A stretch of 64,000 nucleotides of DNA from Octopus bimaculoides (lineage: Eukaryota): contig NC_068999.1 in NCBI RefSeq assembly GCF_001194135.2, positions 27,930,806 through 27,994,805 on the forward strand, read 5' to 3'. The notes beneath the pieces were generated by a model that made no database searches, was not told the DNA's origin, and saw only the letters and a program-made list of their open reading frames with translations. Of this stretch, positions 60,330 through 64,000 are shown piece by piece; position 1 is the stretch's first letter, and each line of letters starts with the position of its first letter. Both the position numbers and the translations under genes were made by a program.

Positions 60330-61510
60330 ATATCATCATCATCATCATTGTTTAACATTTGCTTTCCATGCTAGCATGGGTTGGACAATTTGACTGAGGA
60401 CTGGTGAACTGGATGGCTGCACCAGGCTCCAATCTGATCTGACAGAGTTTCTACAGCTGGATGCCCTTCCTAACACCAACCACTCTGAGAGTGTAGTGGG
60501 TGCTTTTACGTATCAACTGCACAGAATCCAGTCCAGCGGCACTGGCAACGACCTCGCTCGAATCTTTTCTAACGTGCCACCGGCAGAAGTGCCAGTAAGG
60601 CGACGCTGGTAACGATCACGCTCAAATGGTGCTATTTACATGCCACTGACACGGAAGCCAGACAGATGCTCTGGCAATGCAATAATCACGCTCAGACGGT
60701 GCTGTTAGTGTTCCTCTGGCACAGGTTCCACTCATCGGATATGGTTCAATTACGATTTCGATTTCACTTGCCCCAACAGGTCTTCGCAAGCAGAGTTTAG
60801 TGTCCAATGAAGGAGAGGTTCACATGGGTGCCAGTCATCGAATTTGGTTTGATTTCGATTTCATTTGCCTCAACAGGTCTTCGCAAGCATAGTTTAGTGT
60901 CCAATGAAGTAAAGATACGAATAAGTGAGCTGGCTACACTCCTGGCAGAGGCCACAGATTATAGTCTCACTTGGCTTGCCGGGTCTTCTCAAGCACTGCA
61001 TATTTCCAAAGGTTCCAGTCATTAGTCATTGCCTCGGTGAGGCCTAAAGTTTGAAGGTCGTGCTTCACCACCTCATCCCAGGTCTTCCTGGGTCTACCTC
61101 TTCCACAGGTTCCCTCTACCTTCCTACATATTAGGACTTTGGTTTTAGCTAGGTTGACTCTAAGGCCCTTCGATTTTAGTCCTTGCTTCCACACCTGAAA
61201 CTTCTCCTCTAGTTCTGATAGTGACTCAGCAATTAGGGCAAGGTCATCAGCATAGAGGAGCTCCCAGAGGCATCCTGACTTGAATTCCTGTGTTATTACC
61301 TGGAGGACTATGATAAATAGGAGGGGGCTGAGGACTGAACCTTGGTGGACCCTCACCTTACTGACAGCGTCCCTGTACATGGCTTGCACGGCTCTCACTA
61401 ACCGTTCATCTATCCCTAGTTTCCTCATTGACCACCAGATAAGGGAGAGGGGAACCCTGTCAAAGGCTTTCTTCATGTCAATGAAAGCCAGGTACAGAGG
61501 CTTATCTTTG
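60330..61510 (-). mobile_element. RTE LINE copy 5 with two internal deletions
   Basis: The ORF joins SKVRV|HQGSVL and KTKVLICRK|VEGTCGRGRP. The 3' UTR and tail match the family. Confidence 0.9.
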
Positions 61511-61513
61511 GCT

Positions 61514-62254
61514 ATAAGGAGTAAAGCAGCTAGTTTTAAAATCTCTAAATGAGATCTAAGTAGTAACAATACTGTATAGTAAAGTTTATTTGCCTACATA
61601 AGGTAGCCATCCTATGTAGAACTGTTTCTACTTTTTAATGCCAGGAGGACATCTTTGCCAGCTAGTTATTGACACACAACCTGTGTCTCAAATATACTGT
61701 GAGCAAGTGAGAATACAATTCCCCTCTAGCTATTAGCAGTACCAGCAGGTTATTTCCTGTCCTCAGTACTGGATAACTGCCTGCTAGAGATGGCAATCAC
61801 TCAACCTTACACACAGTACATAAACATAGAAGCGACAGACAGTCACTGGGGATAAAGGGTAGAAACATAGTTCTATGTAGGACAGCTTCCTTATGTTGGC
61901 AAATAAACTTTTCTATACTGTATTGTTGCAACTTAGATCTCACTTAGGGAATTTAAAATTGGCTATTTTGCTCCTTACAAGATCAGTGACTGTCTATTGC
62001 TTCTCTGTTTATATACTGTGCCATCTCTAGTCAGCAGTTATCCAGTCCCGAGGACAGGAAATAACCCAGAAACCATTGGTCTGCTGGTACTGCTAATAGC
62101 TAGAGGGGAGTAGTATGCTCCCTTGCTCACAGTATACTTCAGGCACAGATTGTGTGTTAATAACCAGCTGGAAAAGGTGTTTTCCTGGAGTTAAAAGGTA
62201 GAAAGCATAGTTCTACATAGGACAGGCACCTTACATTGACAAATAAAATTTACT
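61514..62254. mobile_element. MITE with long TIRs (about 61514-61978) plus an adjacent inverted partial copy (about 61985-62254)
   Basis: TAAGGAG..GAGATCTAAGT..AACAATAC.GTATAG..AAGTTTATTTGCC on the left matches the reverse complement on the right. The internal sequence recurs inverted. Confidence 0.8.
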
Positions 62255-62404
62255 ACAGGAGTGGCTGTGTGGTAAGTAGCTTGCTTATGAACCACATGGT
62301 CCGGGGTTCAGTCCCACTGCGTGACACCTTAGGCAAGTGTCTTCGGGTAAACCAAAGCCTTGTGAGTAGATTTGGTAGACGGAAACTGAAAGAAGCCCGT
62401 CGTA

Positions 62405-62440
<36 letters not shown>
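62255..62440 (+). mobile_element. 5' half of a family B SINE, interrupted at its (TA)n
   Basis: Head CAGGAGTGGCTGTGTGGTAAG...GAAGCCCGTCGTATATA abuts the tail of RTE copy 6. Confidence 0.85.
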
Positions 62441-62441
<1 letters not shown>

Positions 62442-64000
62442 TCATAATCATCATCATCATCGTTTAACATCCGCTTTCTATGCTAGCATGGGTTGGACGA
62501 TTTGACTGAGGACTGGTTGCGCAAGGCTCCAATCTGATCTGGCAGAGTTTCTACAGCTGGATGCCCTTCCTAACGCCAACCACTCCGAGAGTGTAATGGG
62601 TGGTTTTACGTGCCACCGGCATGAGGGCCAGTCACACAGTACTGGCAACGGCCATGCTCAAAAAGGTGTTTTTTACATTCCACTTGCACGAGAGCCAGTC
62701 CAGCGGCACTGGCAACGACCTCGCTTTAATGATTTTTCTAACGTGTCACCAGCACAAGTGCTAGAAGGCAACGCTGGTAATGATTACGCTCAAATGGTGC
62801 TATTTACGGGCCACTAGCACGGAAGCCAGACAGCTGCTCTGGCAATGAACATGCTTGGACAGTGCTGTTAGGGCTCCACTGGCGCAGGTGCCAGTCATCG
62901 AGTATGGTTCAATTACGATTTCACTTGCCCCAACAGGTCTTCGCAAGCTGAGTTTAGTGTCCAATGAAGGAGAGGTTGGCATGGGTGCCAGTTGTCGGAT
63001 TCGGTTCAATTTCGATTCAGATTTCAAATTTCAACTTCCAAATTCACTTGCGACTACAGGTCTTCGCAAGCAGGGTTTTTAGTGTCCAATGAAGTAAAGA
63101 TACGAATAAGTGAGTTGGCTACACTTCTGTCGGATGTCACAGATTATGCTCTCACTTGCCTTGCCGGGTCTTCTCACATACTGCATATTTCCAAAGGTCC
63201 CGGTCACTGGTCATTGCCTTGGTGAGGCCTAAACTTCGAAGGTTGTGCTTCCTCACCTCATCCCAGGTCTTCTTCGGTCTACCTCTTCCAAAGGTTCCCT
63301 CAACTGCTAGGGTGTGGCACTTTTTCACACAGCTATCCTCATCCATTCTTGCTACATGTCCATACCAGCGCAATCATCTCTCTTGCACACCACAACTGAT
63401 GCTTCTTAGGTCTGACTTTTCTCTCAAGGTACTTGCACTCTGTCAGGTATGCACACTGACATTACACATCCATCGGAGCATACTGGCTTCGTATCTTGTA
63501 AGCTTATGCATGTCCTCAGCAGTCACGGCCAATGTTTCACTGCTATGTAGCATGGCTGTTTGTACACATGCGTCATACAGTCTGCCTTTTACTCTGAGTA
63601 AGAGGCCCTTTGTCACCAGCAGAGGTAAGAGCTCTCTGAACTTTGCCCAGGCTATTCTTATTCTAGCAGCTACAGTTTCAGTGCACCCTCCCCCGCTATA
63701 AATATGGTCACCTAGGTAGCGGAAGCTATCAACTACTTCTAGTTTTTCTCCCTGGAATGTGGCAGAAGTTATTCTCTGCACATTTTCAGTGTTTATTGCT
63801 CCTGAGCATCTGCCACATACAAAAACTATCTTGCTAGTTAGCCTTCCTTTGATATTGTTGCACCTCTTATGTGTCCATAGCTTACACTGGGTGCATCTTA
63901 TAGAATTTCTACCTATGCCTTTTCTATAGATCAAGCAGGGCCATCTACCTGAAGGGATTTGTGGTTTGTTTGCCTTCCTACTTATTAGGACTTTGGTTTT
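62440..64000 (-). mobile_element. RTE LINE copy 6 (continues beyond the window)
   Basis: RNSIRCTQCKLWTHKRC, FRYLGD, MRWYGHVARMDED; 3' UTR repeats and (GAT)n tail. Confidence 0.92.

Overview
This is AT-rich, repeat-dominated eukaryotic DNA with many N gaps and microsatellites. The SINE, RTE and microsatellite content suggests a cephalopod (Octopus-like); that assignment is inference. Host coding content is small. Three in-phase + strand exons (12408-12549, 17767-17831, 18517-18551), possibly with a fourth upstream (12140-12225), encode two hydrophobic helices of an unidentified multi-pass membrane protein. A Q-rich terminal exon lies on the - strand (35933-36361). Most other recognisable sequence is degenerate mobile DNA: at least six copies of one RTE LINE family, BovB-like RTEs, a Gypsy LTR remnant, two Tx1/L1-like LINEs, Penelope-like (GIY-YIG) fragments, Helitrons, piggyBac derivatives, three tRNA-derived SINE families, MITEs and foldbacks. 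I found no intact transposon ORF and no clearly new system. The best leads are the uncharacterised membrane-protein gene and its orientation puzzle, a candidate Penelope-type hammerhead ribozyme, a head-to-head Helitron pair with a 157-bp tandem unit, an RTE with three C-terminal C2H2 fingers, and several long hairpins. Transposon boundaries are approximate, from reading by eye.
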